A DNA stretch of 64,000 bases from an uncultured Pelagibacteraceae bacterium (lineage in GTDB: Bacteria; Pseudomonadota; Alphaproteobacteria; Pelagibacterales; Pelagibacteraceae). Location: NCBI GenBank assembly GCA_902546765.1, contig CACCLG010000002.1, positions 18,839 to 82,838 on the forward strand. Direction: 5' to 3'. Shown here in pieces: positions 20,257 to 29,139 of the stretch. Each line of letters starts with the position of its first letter. Within the stretch, counting starts at the first letter, position 1. The notes under the pieces are model-generated. The model ran no database searches. It saw nothing but the letters and a program-made list of their open reading frames with translations, and had not been told where the DNA came from. Position numbers and translations under genes: made by a program.

Positions 20257-20264
20257 ATAAAATT

Positions 20265-21134
20265 ATGACGTGTAATGTTGCTTTTATTGGTCTGGGTGTC
20301 ATGGGTTATCCGATGGCAGGTTATATATCAAAAGGTGGTCATAATGTAACTGTTTTTAATAGAACAAAATCAAAAGCAGAAAAATGGATTAAAGATTTCA
20401 AAGGTAAAATGGCTGAAACGCCAGCTGAAGCTGCAAAGGATGCAGAATTTATTTTTACCTGTGTTGGAAATGACAATGATCTAAGAGAAGTGACCTTTGG
20501 TGACAACGGTGCTTTTAAAACTATAAAAGAAGGATCTGTTTATATTGATAACACAACTGCCTCTGCAACAATTGCAAGAGAAATTTATGATTATGCCAAA
20601 AAAAATAATTTTGGTGCATTAGATGCGCCTGTTTCAGGAGGTCAGGCTGGTGCAGAAAATGGTGCTCTCACTGTTATGATCGGTGGCGATCAATCTGATT
20701 TTGAAAAAGCTGAAGACAAAATTGATTGTTACAGTAAAAAAATGAAGTTACTTGGAAAAGCTGGATCTGGTCAACTTGCTAAGATGGTTAATCAAATTTG
20801 TATAGCAGGTTTAGTTCAAGGATTGTCTGAAGGTATAAATTTTGGGATGAAAGCTGGTTTAAATATGGAAGATGTAATTGAAGTTATCTCAAAAGGAGCA
20901 GCTCAATCGTGGCAAATGGAGAATAGATATAAAACTATGATTGATGATAAATTTGACTTTGGTTTTGCTGTTGATTGGATGAGAAAAGATTTAAAAATTG
21001 CAATGGAAGAAGCTAAAAATAATGGTTCTTTATTACCTGTTACAGAGCTAGTAGATAAATATTATGGTGATGTTCAAGAAATGGGTGGAAATCGTTGGGA
21101 TACCTCTAGCTTAATAAAAAGATTTAGAAAATAA
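20265..21134 (+). CDS. NAD(P)-dependent beta-hydroxyacid dehydrogenase (3-hydroxyisobutyrate DH/GarR family)
   Basis: FIGLGVMGYPMA, DAPVSGGQAGA, AKMVNQ, WMRKDL. Confidence 0.93.
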   Translation: MTCNVAFIGLGVMGYPMAGYISKGGHNVTVFNRTKSKAEKWIKDFKGKMAETPAEAAKDAEFIFTCVGNDNDLREVTFGDNGAFKTIKEGSVYIDNTTASATIAREIYDYAKKNNFGALDAPVSGGQAGAENGALTVMIGGDQSDFEKAEDKIDCYSKKMKLLGKAGSGQLAKMVNQICIAGLVQGLSEGINFGMKAGLNMEDVIEVISKGAAQSWQMENRYKTMIDDKFDFGFAVDWMRKDLKIAMEEAKNNGSLLPVTELVDKYYGDVQEMGGNRWDTSSLIKRFRK

Positions 21135-21137
21135 AGT

Positions 21138-21737
21138 ATGCAACCAGCATACTATGAAGACTTAGCAGAAATACAAAATAAGTACTGGTCTATGCTTGAA
21201 GATGCCGTGACCAATAGAGGTTCGCCTTTTAGAATTCCAGTTTTTATGTGCTCACACAAAGACGATATTGAGGGAAGAATAGTTGTTTTAAGGAAGTCTG
21301 ACAGAGAAAATAATTTATTACAATTTCATACTGATTTAAGGTCACCAAAAGTAGATATACTTAAAAACAATAATAAAGCTTCGTTACTTTTCTATGATAA
21401 AGAAGAAAAAATACAATTAAGAGTAAAAGTTGAATGTGAAATAAATAATCAAAATTCTGTGACAGAGGCATCTTGGAAGAAAACTCAACACATTAGTCGA
21501 AGATGTTATTTAACTGATAGTCCTCCTGGAACTGTATCTGAAAACCCTACTTCAGGTATGATTTTAAAGTTAGAAGATTTTGATTATACAATGGAACAAA
21601 GTGAGGAAGGTTATAAAAATTTTACTGTTATCAAATGTTATATTAAATCAATAGAATGGCTATATCTTGCTGCAAAAGGTCATAGACGAGCTAAATTTGA
21701 TTTCAAAACAAATAAAAATTCTTGGTTAGTTCCTTAA
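21138..21737 (+). CDS. Pyridoxamine 5'-phosphate oxidase-like FMN-binding protein
   Basis: RIVVLR, FHTDLRSPK, LLFYD...QLR, WLYL...HRRA...WLVP. Confidence 0.85.
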   Translation: MQPAYYEDLAEIQNKYWSMLEDAVTNRGSPFRIPVFMCSHKDDIEGRIVVLRKSDRENNLLQFHTDLRSPKVDILKNNNKASLLFYDKEEKIQLRVKVECEINNQNSVTEASWKKTQHISRRCYLTDSPPGTVSENPTSGMILKLEDFDYTMEQSEEGYKNFTVIKCYIKSIEWLYLAAKGHRRAKFDFKTNKNSWLVP

Positions 21738-22246
21738 AAAATCGATTTAGAATATCTCTTCCAATTATCCTGATATCTTTCTGCGTTTTTTGTAATTAAT
21801 TTTGCTTCTTCTGGTGAAACTTGTCTTACGACTTTTCCAGGCGATCCCATTACTAAAGAGTTGTCTGGAATTTCTTTATTTTCAGTTATTAAAGCTTTGG
21901 ATCCTATGATGCAATTTTTTCCAATTTTTGCATTGTTAAGAATAACTGCACCAATTCCAATTAAGCTATTATCATTTATCGTACATCCATGAAGCATAAC
22001 TAAATGTCCAATAGTTACATTTTTTCCAATTTTAAGTGGATAACCTGGGTCAGTATGCAAAACACTTCCATCTTGAACATTAGATCCCTCTCCTATCAAG
22101 ATATTTTCTATATCTCCTCTTAAAGTCGCATTGAACCACACGCTGCTATTTTTTTCTAAAGTAACATCTCCAATAACCACTGCATTAGGCGCAACCCAAT
22201 TTTCGCCAGAGTTTTTTGGTTTTTTATCTTCCAAATCGTAAAACAT
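21734..22246 (-). CDS. Gamma carbonic anhydrase family (hexapeptide repeat) protein
   Basis: LRGD, NVQDGSVLH, TIGHLVMLHGC, GSPGK. Confidence 0.93.
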   Translation of the reverse strand: MFYDLEDKKPKNSGENWVAPNAVVIGDVTLEKNSSVWFNATLRGDIENILIGEGSNVQDGSVLHTDPGYPLKIGKNVTIGHLVMLHGCTINDNSLIGIGAVILNNAKIGKNCIIGSKALITENKEIPDNSLVMGSPGKVVRQVSPEEAKLITKNAERYQDNWKRYSKSIF

Positions 22247-22263
22247 AATTTATATAATATTAT

Positions 22264-22821
22264 ATGTCTCTTACAAAAACTCCAATATGTGATTTTGGGA
22301 AAAAAGCTGACGACTTTCGTCTAAAATCAACTGAAAACAAAATTGTTTCTTTAAATGAAATAAAAGGTGAGAAAGGAACTCTCATTATGTTTATTTGCAA
22401 TCATTGTCCGTATGTAAAGGCAGTAATCAAAGATATTGCTGAGGATTGCAAAAAACTTGAAAATTTTGGAATTAAATCGATTGCAATATGCTCCAATGAT
22501 CAAATCAATTATCCAGAGGACTCATTTGAAAATATGATCATATTTGCAAAAAAGCATAATTTTAGTTTTCCATATTTAATCGATGATACTCAAAATGTTG
22601 CGAAAAAATATGAAGCTGTGTGTACTCCAGATTTTTTTGGTTATAACGAAAATTTAGAACTTCAATACAGAGGAAGAATAAGAGAGTTAAAAGAACTTAA
22701 ACCTGTAAGGTCTGGAGAAAGTGATTTGTATATAGCAATGAAACAAATATCTGAAACAGGAAATGGTCCCAAAAATCAGATACCTAGCATGGGTTGTAAT
22801 ATTAAGTGGTTGAATAATTAA
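22264..22821 (+). CDS. Thioredoxin-like AhpC/TSA family protein
   Basis: MFICNHCPYV, AVCTPDFF, YRGR, PSMGCNIKW. Confidence 0.92.
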   Translation: MSLTKTPICDFGKKADDFRLKSTENKIVSLNEIKGEKGTLIMFICNHCPYVKAVIKDIAEDCKKLENFGIKSIAICSNDQINYPEDSFENMIIFAKKHNFSFPYLIDDTQNVAKKYEAVCTPDFFGYNENLELQYRGRIRELKELKPVRSGESDLYIAMKQISETGNGPKNQIPSMGCNIKWLNN

Positions 22822-23903
22822 TGCATTTAATAATAACGAGAACTTTTCCACCTGATGTTGGTGGAATGCAAAATTTAATGTGGGGTTTAGCTAGATCTTT
22901 ATCTAAATTTTTCCTAATAAAAGTTTTTGCAGATCACACAGATGGTTTTGAAAAATTTGACAATTCAGTTTCTTTTTCAATTGAAAGAGTGAGTGGTATT
23001 AAGTTATTTAGAAAATATAGGAAATCGTATTTAATTAATGAATATTTGAAACATAATAATAATGTTCAATGTCTAATTGCAGATCATTGGAAGAGTTTGG
23101 AACTAATTCAAACCAATAAAAAAAAGATATGTTTAATACATTCTAAAGAAATTAATCATCCAAAAGGCTCAAAATTAAATACAAAAGTATTAAATGTATT
23201 GAATAATGTAGATCATGTAATAGCAAATTCTAATTTTACAAAAGATCTCGCTATCAATCTTGGTGTTGAAGAACACAGAATTTTAGTAATTAATCCAGGT
23301 GTTGATCCTTTAAAGGAAATACCAAGCAAAGATTTAAAAAAAGCTGATGAAATATTTAAGGGTAAAAAACAAAGACTTATTACTGTTTCAAGATATGATA
23401 AACGAAAAAATCACGAAAAAGTAATAATGGCTATCAGAAATCTAAAAGAAGTTTATCCAGATATTGTTTACATATGTATAGGTTATGGTGATGAAGAGGA
23501 AAATTTAAAAAAACTTGTAATTGAGCTAAAATTAGAGGATCAAGTTAAATTTTTAAAAGATGTTCCTAGTGATTTGAAAAATGCATTAATTTCAAAATCT
23601 AATGTATTTATAATGCCATCAATTATTTACAAAAAATCTGTTGAGGGATTTGGTATAGCCTATGTAGAAGCGGCTCAGTATGGAATACCTTCAATTGGAG
23701 GAAAAGATGGTGGTGCTTCAGATGCAATTATACATGAAAAAACTGGTTTAATATGTGATGGTAATAATTTGGATGATATTTATTCAAGTATAGATCAAAT
23801 ATTTAAAGAAAATAAATATTTTGAATATGGAAAAGCAGCTAATGAAAATTCTAAAAATTTTCATTGGGATAAGATTATTGAAAGCTATAAACGAATCTTA
23901 TAG
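22821..23903 (+). CDS. Glycosyltransferase family 4 (PimB-like)
   Basis: TRTFPPDVGGMQ, VSR...RK, VEGFGIAYVEA, GGASDA. Confidence 0.92.
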   Translation: MHLIITRTFPPDVGGMQNLMWGLARSLSKFFLIKVFADHTDGFEKFDNSVSFSIERVSGIKLFRKYRKSYLINEYLKHNNNVQCLIADHWKSLELIQTNKKKICLIHSKEINHPKGSKLNTKVLNVLNNVDHVIANSNFTKDLAINLGVEEHRILVINPGVDPLKEIPSKDLKKADEIFKGKKQRLITVSRYDKRKNHEKVIMAIRNLKEVYPDIVYICIGYGDEEENLKKLVIELKLEDQVKFLKDVPSDLKNALISKSNVFIMPSIIYKKSVEGFGIAYVEAAQYGIPSIGGKDGGASDAIIHEKTGLICDGNNLDDIYSSIDQIFKENKYFEYGKAANENSKNFHWDKIIESYKRIL

Positions 23904-23912
23904 GTTTAAAGT

Positions 23913-24329
23913 ATGATAGATAAATTTAACGGAATATTTTACCTTGTTGTTTTCATTGTTCATTTTCTAGGTTATGCTTTCTACGCATACAGATGTATTT
24001 TTGCTACTCAATCTTTTTTAGATCAATACGCTATGGATAAAACTGGAGCTATCATGACAAGATTTTTTGGATCATTCTTTCTTGGATCAGTTTTAATGGC
24101 TATTTACATTATGTTTATAAGATCTGGTGGTGTTGAAAATACCTGGGGATTTTTTAATTTGATATTTGTACAAAATTTAATGTCATTCTTAATTGGTATT
24201 TATGCAATTAAGATCAGTAAATTAGGTCATACAGATAAAACTTCAATTGAAGGTGTAATTGCACCTGGAGTATTAACTATTTTAAGTGCTATTCTTTGTT
24301 ATGGTTTGGCAGATAAAATCTACACTTAA
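23913..24329 (+). CDS. Hypothetical membrane protein (about 4 TM)
   Basis: 138-aa hydrophobic ORF filling the gap between genes; no family recognised. Confidence 0.7.
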   Translation: MIDKFNGIFYLVVFIVHFLGYAFYAYRCIFATQSFLDQYAMDKTGAIMTRFFGSFFLGSVLMAIYIMFIRSGGVENTWGFFNLIFVQNLMSFLIGIYAIKISKLGHTDKTSIEGVIAPGVLTILSAILCYGLADKIYT

Positions 24330-24333
24330 TTTT

Positions 24334-25275
24334 TTAGGCTAACAACTCCAACATTCTTTTAAATACCTTATCCGTGGATAATTTATTTAAATCTTCAACT
24401 TGAATTGCTCTAAATTTTTCTCTTTCTATACTTACAAGTTTTGCAGGTTTATGTGGACCAAATAATGCAAGTCCTCTAACACTTAAGTGGGCAGATATAT
24501 GAGCAGGGCCAGTATCATTTGCAATTACGAATGTACTCTCTTTTATTAGTGATGATAATTGAGTAATATTTAGAGATTTTCCATTATCCAAGATACATTC
24601 AGCGTTTATATTCGAAGCTTCCTTTATTTCTTCTGGTCCAGGTGCAACTATTATCTTGTATTCATCTTTAAATTCATTCTTAATTTTATTTGAAAGTTCA
24701 TTATAGTATGGCCATCTTTTTATTGGTAAGTGTGGTGAACAAAATGGGAAAAGCAAAATATATTTATTCAAATTGTATTTATTTTTAAGATTTGTAATAT
24801 CAGAACAAGCCCATGAAAAATCCGGGTAAAGAGTATGTTTTGAAATTAAATTACAGGTTCTAATTTGATGATCAAAACGATCTAAAACTGAAAGCTTATC
24901 AAATTCTTCTTTTGTTTTACCCTCTGGCAAAGTTGTTAAAGACGATGACCAAATATCTTTATTAGAATTTTTAAAAAGGATATTTTTATAAAAGGATGTT
25001 CTATTTGAATTTTGTAAATCATATATTTTTAAAAAATTATACTTTTTTAAACTTCTCATTAATGAATATAGGTAAAAAAGATTAAATCTTGATAATCGCC
25101 TATCTAAAATAGGCTCTTTAATATATGGATTTTTTTTAAGTAAGTCTAAATAAGGTTTTGTTGTCAAAATAAATACATCATCATCTTTATGATTTTCAGA
25201 AATGTCTTGAATTACACCACTTGCTTGAGCTATATCGCCTAATGAACCGTGTTTAATAATTAATATATTAGACAT
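24334..25275 (-). CDS. Glycosyltransferase family 9 (heptosyltransferase-like)
   Basis: ILIIKHGSLGD, YDLQ, KRWP, NDTGPAHI, LFGP. Confidence 0.9.
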   Translation of the reverse strand: MSNILIIKHGSLGDIAQASGVIQDISENHKDDDVFILTTKPYLDLLKKNPYIKEPILDRRLSRFNLFYLYSLMRSLKKYNFLKIYDLQNSNRTSFYKNILFKNSNKDIWSSSLTTLPEGKTKEEFDKLSVLDRFDHQIRTCNLISKHTLYPDFSWACSDITNLKNKYNLNKYILLFPFCSPHLPIKRWPYYNELSNKIKNEFKDEYKIIVAPGPEEIKEASNINAECILDNGKSLNITQLSSLIKESTFVIANDTGPAHISAHLSVRGLALFGPHKPAKLVSIEREKFRAIQVEDLNKLSTDKVFKRMLELLA

Positions 25276-25307
25276 ATTTGTAACAACTTAACACAGTATA
25301 AAAAATT

Positions 25308-25697
25308 ATGAATAAAATAGTAGTTGAGGTCTCTGTTGGTGAGCTTTTAGATAAAATTTCAATTTTAGAAATTAAAAAAGAAAAAATTAAGGATCCTGAA
25401 AAACTTAGATTTATAAATAATGAACATGATGTACTTAAAGATCAATTTCTCAAAAATGTAAAATCTGACGAAAAACTTGATAGCTTATTTAAATTTCTTA
25501 AAGAAATTAATAATAAGCTTTGGGTAATAGAGGATGATAAGAGGTTATGTGAAAAAAATTCAGATTTTGGTGATGAATTTATAAAACTATCAAGAGATGT
25601 ACATTTCTTAAATGATGAAAGAGCTAAAATAAAATTAGAAATAAACAATCATACAGGTTCAAAAATAAAAGAAATTAAAGAGTATACAAGTTACTAA
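25308..25697 (+). CDS. Conserved hypothetical protein (DUF6165-like)
   Basis: VSVGELLDKISILEIK...LWVIEDDKR...NDERAKIK...EIKEY. Confidence 0.75.
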   Translation: MNKIVVEVSVGELLDKISILEIKKEKIKDPEKLRFINNEHDVLKDQFLKNVKSDEKLDSLFKFLKEINNKLWVIEDDKRLCEKNSDFGDEFIKLSRDVHFLNDERAKIKLEINNHTGSKIKEIKEYTSY

Positions 25698-25700
25698 TCA

Positions 25701-26378
25701 TTAAGTTTGAAAACCGTATTTTTTTTCGAGAAACTTTATTAAATTATGCACACAAAAGGTCATAAATAGATATATACCTCCAGCAACTATGAATACCTCT
25801 ATTGGTTTAAAAGTTGTTGAAATAATATATTTTGCAACTCCTGTAAGATCCATCAATGTTACTGTACTTGCAAGTGATGTTCCTTTAAGCATTAATATAA
25901 TTTCATTTCCATAAGCAGGTAATGATTGTTTAATCGCTATAGGTATTTGGATTTTATAAAAAATTACTTTGTTAGGAATTCCAAGACTTTTTCCAGCTTC
26001 TATTAATCCTGGTTTAATAGTTTGAAAAGCTGATCTTAATATTTCTGATGTGTATGCGCCTGTATTTAATGCAAAGGCAATTATTGCACACCAGTATGGC
26101 TCTTTCAGAATCACCCATAAAAAAGTAGATCTTAAGTATTCGATTTGTCCAAGTCCAAAATAAATAATAAATATTTGAACCAATAATGGTGTACCTCTGA
26201 AAACATAAGAGTATCCATATGCAAATTTATTTATAATTAGATTTTTATTCATCCTTAAAATTGCAAAAAATAGACCAATAAACAATCCAAAAAATAAGGA
26301 TAATGACAAAAGCTTCAGAGTAATTACAGTTGCACTTAATAATTTTGGAAAGCTACCAATCATCAATTCAAAATCCAT
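25701..26378 (-). CDS. Polar amino-acid ABC permease (HisM/OccM-like)
   Basis: FRGTPLLVQ, AYTSEILR, EAG..LG, LKGTSLAS. Confidence 0.93.
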   Translation of the reverse strand: MDFELMIGSFPKLLSATVITLKLLSLSLFFGLFIGLFFAILRMNKNLIINKFAYGYSYVFRGTPLLVQIFIIYFGLGQIEYLRSTFLWVILKEPYWCAIIAFALNTGAYTSEILRSAFQTIKPGLIEAGKSLGIPNKVIFYKIQIPIAIKQSLPAYGNEIILMLKGTSLASTVTLMDLTGVAKYIISTTFKPIEVFIVAGGIYLFMTFCVHNLIKFLEKKYGFQT

Positions 26379-27071
26379 TTAAAATCCTCTACTGTATTTT
26401 ATTTCCAATTTATTTATTAGTTTCATACTCAAGTACGTTAATAATAAATACAGAACTGCTGCAAATGAGTAAAAAAATAAAGGATCTCTTGTTGATCCAG
26501 CTGCAATGTATGATTGTCTCATAATTTCAACTAACCCGGTTACTGAAATTAAAGAGGTGTCTTTTAATGTAATTTGCCAAACATTGCTTAAATTTGGAAT
26601 AGCAAGTCTTAACATTTGAGGAAGGATAATTTTATAAAATTGAATATGTTTTTTTATTCCCAAAACTTTTGAGGCTTCAAACTGACCTTTATCTATTGAC
26701 TGTATAGCCCCTCTAAAAACTTCAGTTGAATATGCACCTGAAATAATACCAATTGCAAATGAACCGGTAATAAATGCATTAATTTCAATATATTCATAAT
26801 AACCAAATATAGAAGCAACAAACATTATTGCTCCACTTCCACCAAAAAAGAAAAGATAAATTACTAATAATTCTGGAACGCCTCTTATAACTGTAGTGTA
26901 AAAATTACCAATTAAATTTAGTGATTTGTGTTTTGATAATTTTAAAGGAGTAAAAATAAGTGCGAAGAAAAATCCGATTAACATAGCTGTTATTGAAACA
27001 GCTAAAGTCATTAAGGTTGCATAAAATAACTCATCACCCCAACCAGTTTTACCAAATGCTAGAAGTTCCAT
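26379..27071 (-). CDS. Polar amino-acid ABC permease (HisQ/OccQ-like)
   Basis: IRGVPEL, AYSTEVFRGA, GQFEA, KDTSLIS. Confidence 0.93.
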   Translation of the reverse strand: MELLAFGKTGWGDELFYATLMTLAVSITAMLIGFFFALIFTPLKLSKHKSLNLIGNFYTTVIRGVPELLVIYLFFFGGSGAIMFVASIFGYYEYIEINAFITGSFAIGIISGAYSTEVFRGAIQSIDKGQFEASKVLGIKKHIQFYKIILPQMLRLAIPNLSNVWQITLKDTSLISVTGLVEIMRQSYIAAGSTRDPLFFYSFAAVLYLLLTYLSMKLINKLEIKYSRGF

Positions 27072-27107
27072 AGATTTTGGCGACTATATTATATAGTCGC
27101 CAAATCT
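27072..27107. promoter_or_regulatory. Intercistronic stem-loop (mRNA stabiliser or attenuator)
   Basis: Perfect inverted repeat TTTGGCGACTATAT (27076-27089) / ATATAGTCGCCAAA (27091-27104), extendable with a bulge. Confidence 0.75.
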
Positions 27108-27114
27108 GAAATAT

Positions 27115-27966
27115 TTACATAGAAGCGTCGAAACCAAAGTGTTTAATAGCAAGTTTGCTAATAATTCCTTGTTTTCTTGCTTTATCAATTGCTTTGTTGA
27201 AATCTTTTAGAAGTTTAGCATCTCTTTTGCCGATAGCATCATCTCCACCTTGTCTAATTCCAACACCTACTCCATTTCCAAATGCACCGCCTGAAAAAGT
27301 AGGTCCAACTAGAACAACTGGTTTACCAGATTTATCAGCATAATCAGTAAAAGCAACAGCAGCTGCTAATGCAGCATCACATCTTCCTGATGCTAGATCT
27401 AGATTAACTTCGTCTTGTGTTTTGTAAGTTCTTACATTTACACTTCCTACATCACCTGAATCTAAAAAGTTTTGGTGAATAGTAGCTGTTTGCACACAAA
27501 CTGTTTTACCAGCTAATGCACCTGTAAGTGTTTTAAGAGCTTTTTTAACATCAGATCCACCTAAAGATAAATTTATACCCTCTGGCGTATCCATTCCTTC
27601 AAGATCAGATCCTTTCATTACTGCTAAAGAAGCAACTTCATCAGCATAACCTTGAGAAAAAGTAATTGTTTTTTGTCTTTCTGCAGTTATTGACATACCG
27701 GCCATGATCGCATCAAATTTTCTCATTAATAAAGCTGGAATCATTCCATCCCAATCCTGTTCGACGATTGTACACTCCGCTTTCATGATTTTGCATAGTT
27801 CATTTGCAAGCTCAACTTCAAAACCTATTAGGTTTCCAGAAGCATCTTTAGAATTCCAAGGAGGGTAAGCTCCTTCTGTTCCAATTTTAATAGAGTCTGC
27901 ATTTGAAGATATTGTTAAGAAAAAGGAAATTAATATTCCTAATCCTAATGTTTTAAATTTATTCAT
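27115..27966 (-). CDS. Polar (basic) amino-acid ABC substrate-binding protein (HisJ/ArgT/OccT-like)
   Basis: Signal peptide, GTEGAYPPWN, QDWDGMIPAL, AGMSITAER; GGAGG RBS upstream. Confidence 0.93.
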   Translation of the reverse strand: MNKFKTLGLGILISFFLTISSNADSIKIGTEGAYPPWNSKDASGNLIGFEVELANELCKIMKAECTIVEQDWDGMIPALLMRKFDAIMAGMSITAERQKTITFSQGYADEVASLAVMKGSDLEGMDTPEGINLSLGGSDVKKALKTLTGALAGKTVCVQTATIHQNFLDSGDVGSVNVRTYKTQDEVNLDLASGRCDAALAAAVAFTDYADKSGKPVVLVGPTFSGGAFGNGVGVGIRQGGDDAIGKRDAKLLKDFNKAIDKARKQGIISKLAIKHFGFDASM

Positions 27967-28025
27967 TTTTCCTCCAAAATAATAAGATTTATTATTTCAC
28001 AAATATTGATATTTAAAAAGAAAAA

Positions 28026-29066
28026 TTAATGATTTATTGATGAAGAAAAGTTCCAAGCACAATCAAAACTTGGGATATAAACTCTTGAAAGTTGCGTATT
28101 TCCAAAATTTTCATTAAAAACATTTAACCAATTGCCAACTTGTTTTGGTTTTTTATCTTGGCTTCCAACCTGTGCTGTAATAACTCCTTTAGGTTTTAAT
28201 ATTCTTGCTAAAGAGTTCATATTTTTTGCTGCAAGATCTATACAAAATTGATCATCATTTAAATCAACAAAAATTTGATCGTAAGTGTCATCCTTGACAG
28301 ATTTTATGCTTTCAAAAGCATCTCCCCATACACATTTTACAGAATTTTTTTCAGTAGCCTTTTCACCTATTTTACTTAAATGTTTGTCACATACATCAAC
28401 TACCTCAGGATCCAATTCAAACCAATCTATAAAACCAAAGTTTTGTGAAATGCATTCTCTTGCAACTCCACCATCTCCTCCTCCAACAATTGCAGCTTTT
28501 TCTTTTTTTGGATTTAATTTAAGACCAGAGTTAACAAATGTTGAGCTATAAAGATGTTCATCGCTTTCGGCTACTTGTATTTCGTTATCAATAAATAGCG
28601 CTTTTCCAAACTGCTCCAAATCAAGAATTTCAATATATTGACCAACTTTAGATTTAAAATTTTCTAAAACTTTATTGACTACATATGCTTTATTTAAACC
28701 AGGCGAGCTGTAATTATCATGGTAAAAATCAATTGTATCTCTATTAAATTCTTTTTTAATTATATTTGTATGTTGAATTTCCTCTTTAATAATTTTCAAT
28801 GCAACTGAAGGTGAAACCTTTCCACACGTAAAGAAATCAAAGCTAATTATACCATTTTCTGGAAAAGTGTGAAAACTTATATGGCTCTCTGCAAGAAGTG
28901 CTACAAGTGTAAAACCTTGAGGTTCAAACTTATATTTTGAAATTTCTAGAACTGTTACTTTTGCGGCTTTTGCTATTTTATAAACTAATTTTTCAAAGAA
29001 ATCGGGATCGTACTCCTTATTCGTGCCAATTATATCAAGTGTTATATGTTCACCAACTTTTATCAT
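28026..29066 (-). CDS. S-adenosylmethionine decarboxylase / spermidine synthase fusion (SpeD-SpeE)
   Basis: N-domain LLAESHISFHTFPE (pyruvoyl autocleavage E-S) and DFFTCG; C-domain IVGGGDGGVARE and ELDPEVV. Start moved to the ATG at 29066 (MIKVGEH) to avoid overlap with the divergent gene. Confidence 0.88.
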   Translation of the reverse strand: MIKVGEHITLDIIGTNKEYDPDFFEKLVYKIAKAAKVTVLEISKYKFEPQGFTLVALLAESHISFHTFPENGIISFDFFTCGKVSPSVALKIIKEEIQHTNIIKKEFNRDTIDFYHDNYSSPGLNKAYVVNKVLENFKSKVGQYIEILDLEQFGKALFIDNEIQVAESDEHLYSSTFVNSGLKLNPKKEKAAIVGGGDGGVARECISQNFGFIDWFELDPEVVDVCDKHLSKIGEKATEKNSVKCVWGDAFESIKSVKDDTYDQIFVDLNDDQFCIDLAAKNMNSLARILKPKGVITAQVGSQDKKPKQVGNWLNVFNENFGNTQLSRVYIPSFDCAWNFSSSINH

Positions 29067-29139
29067 TACTTTTTCTAGTAACAAATTTTTTACTTCTTTC
29101 AAATAAAAAACTAATGTAATAGTTCTCAAGGGTTGTATC

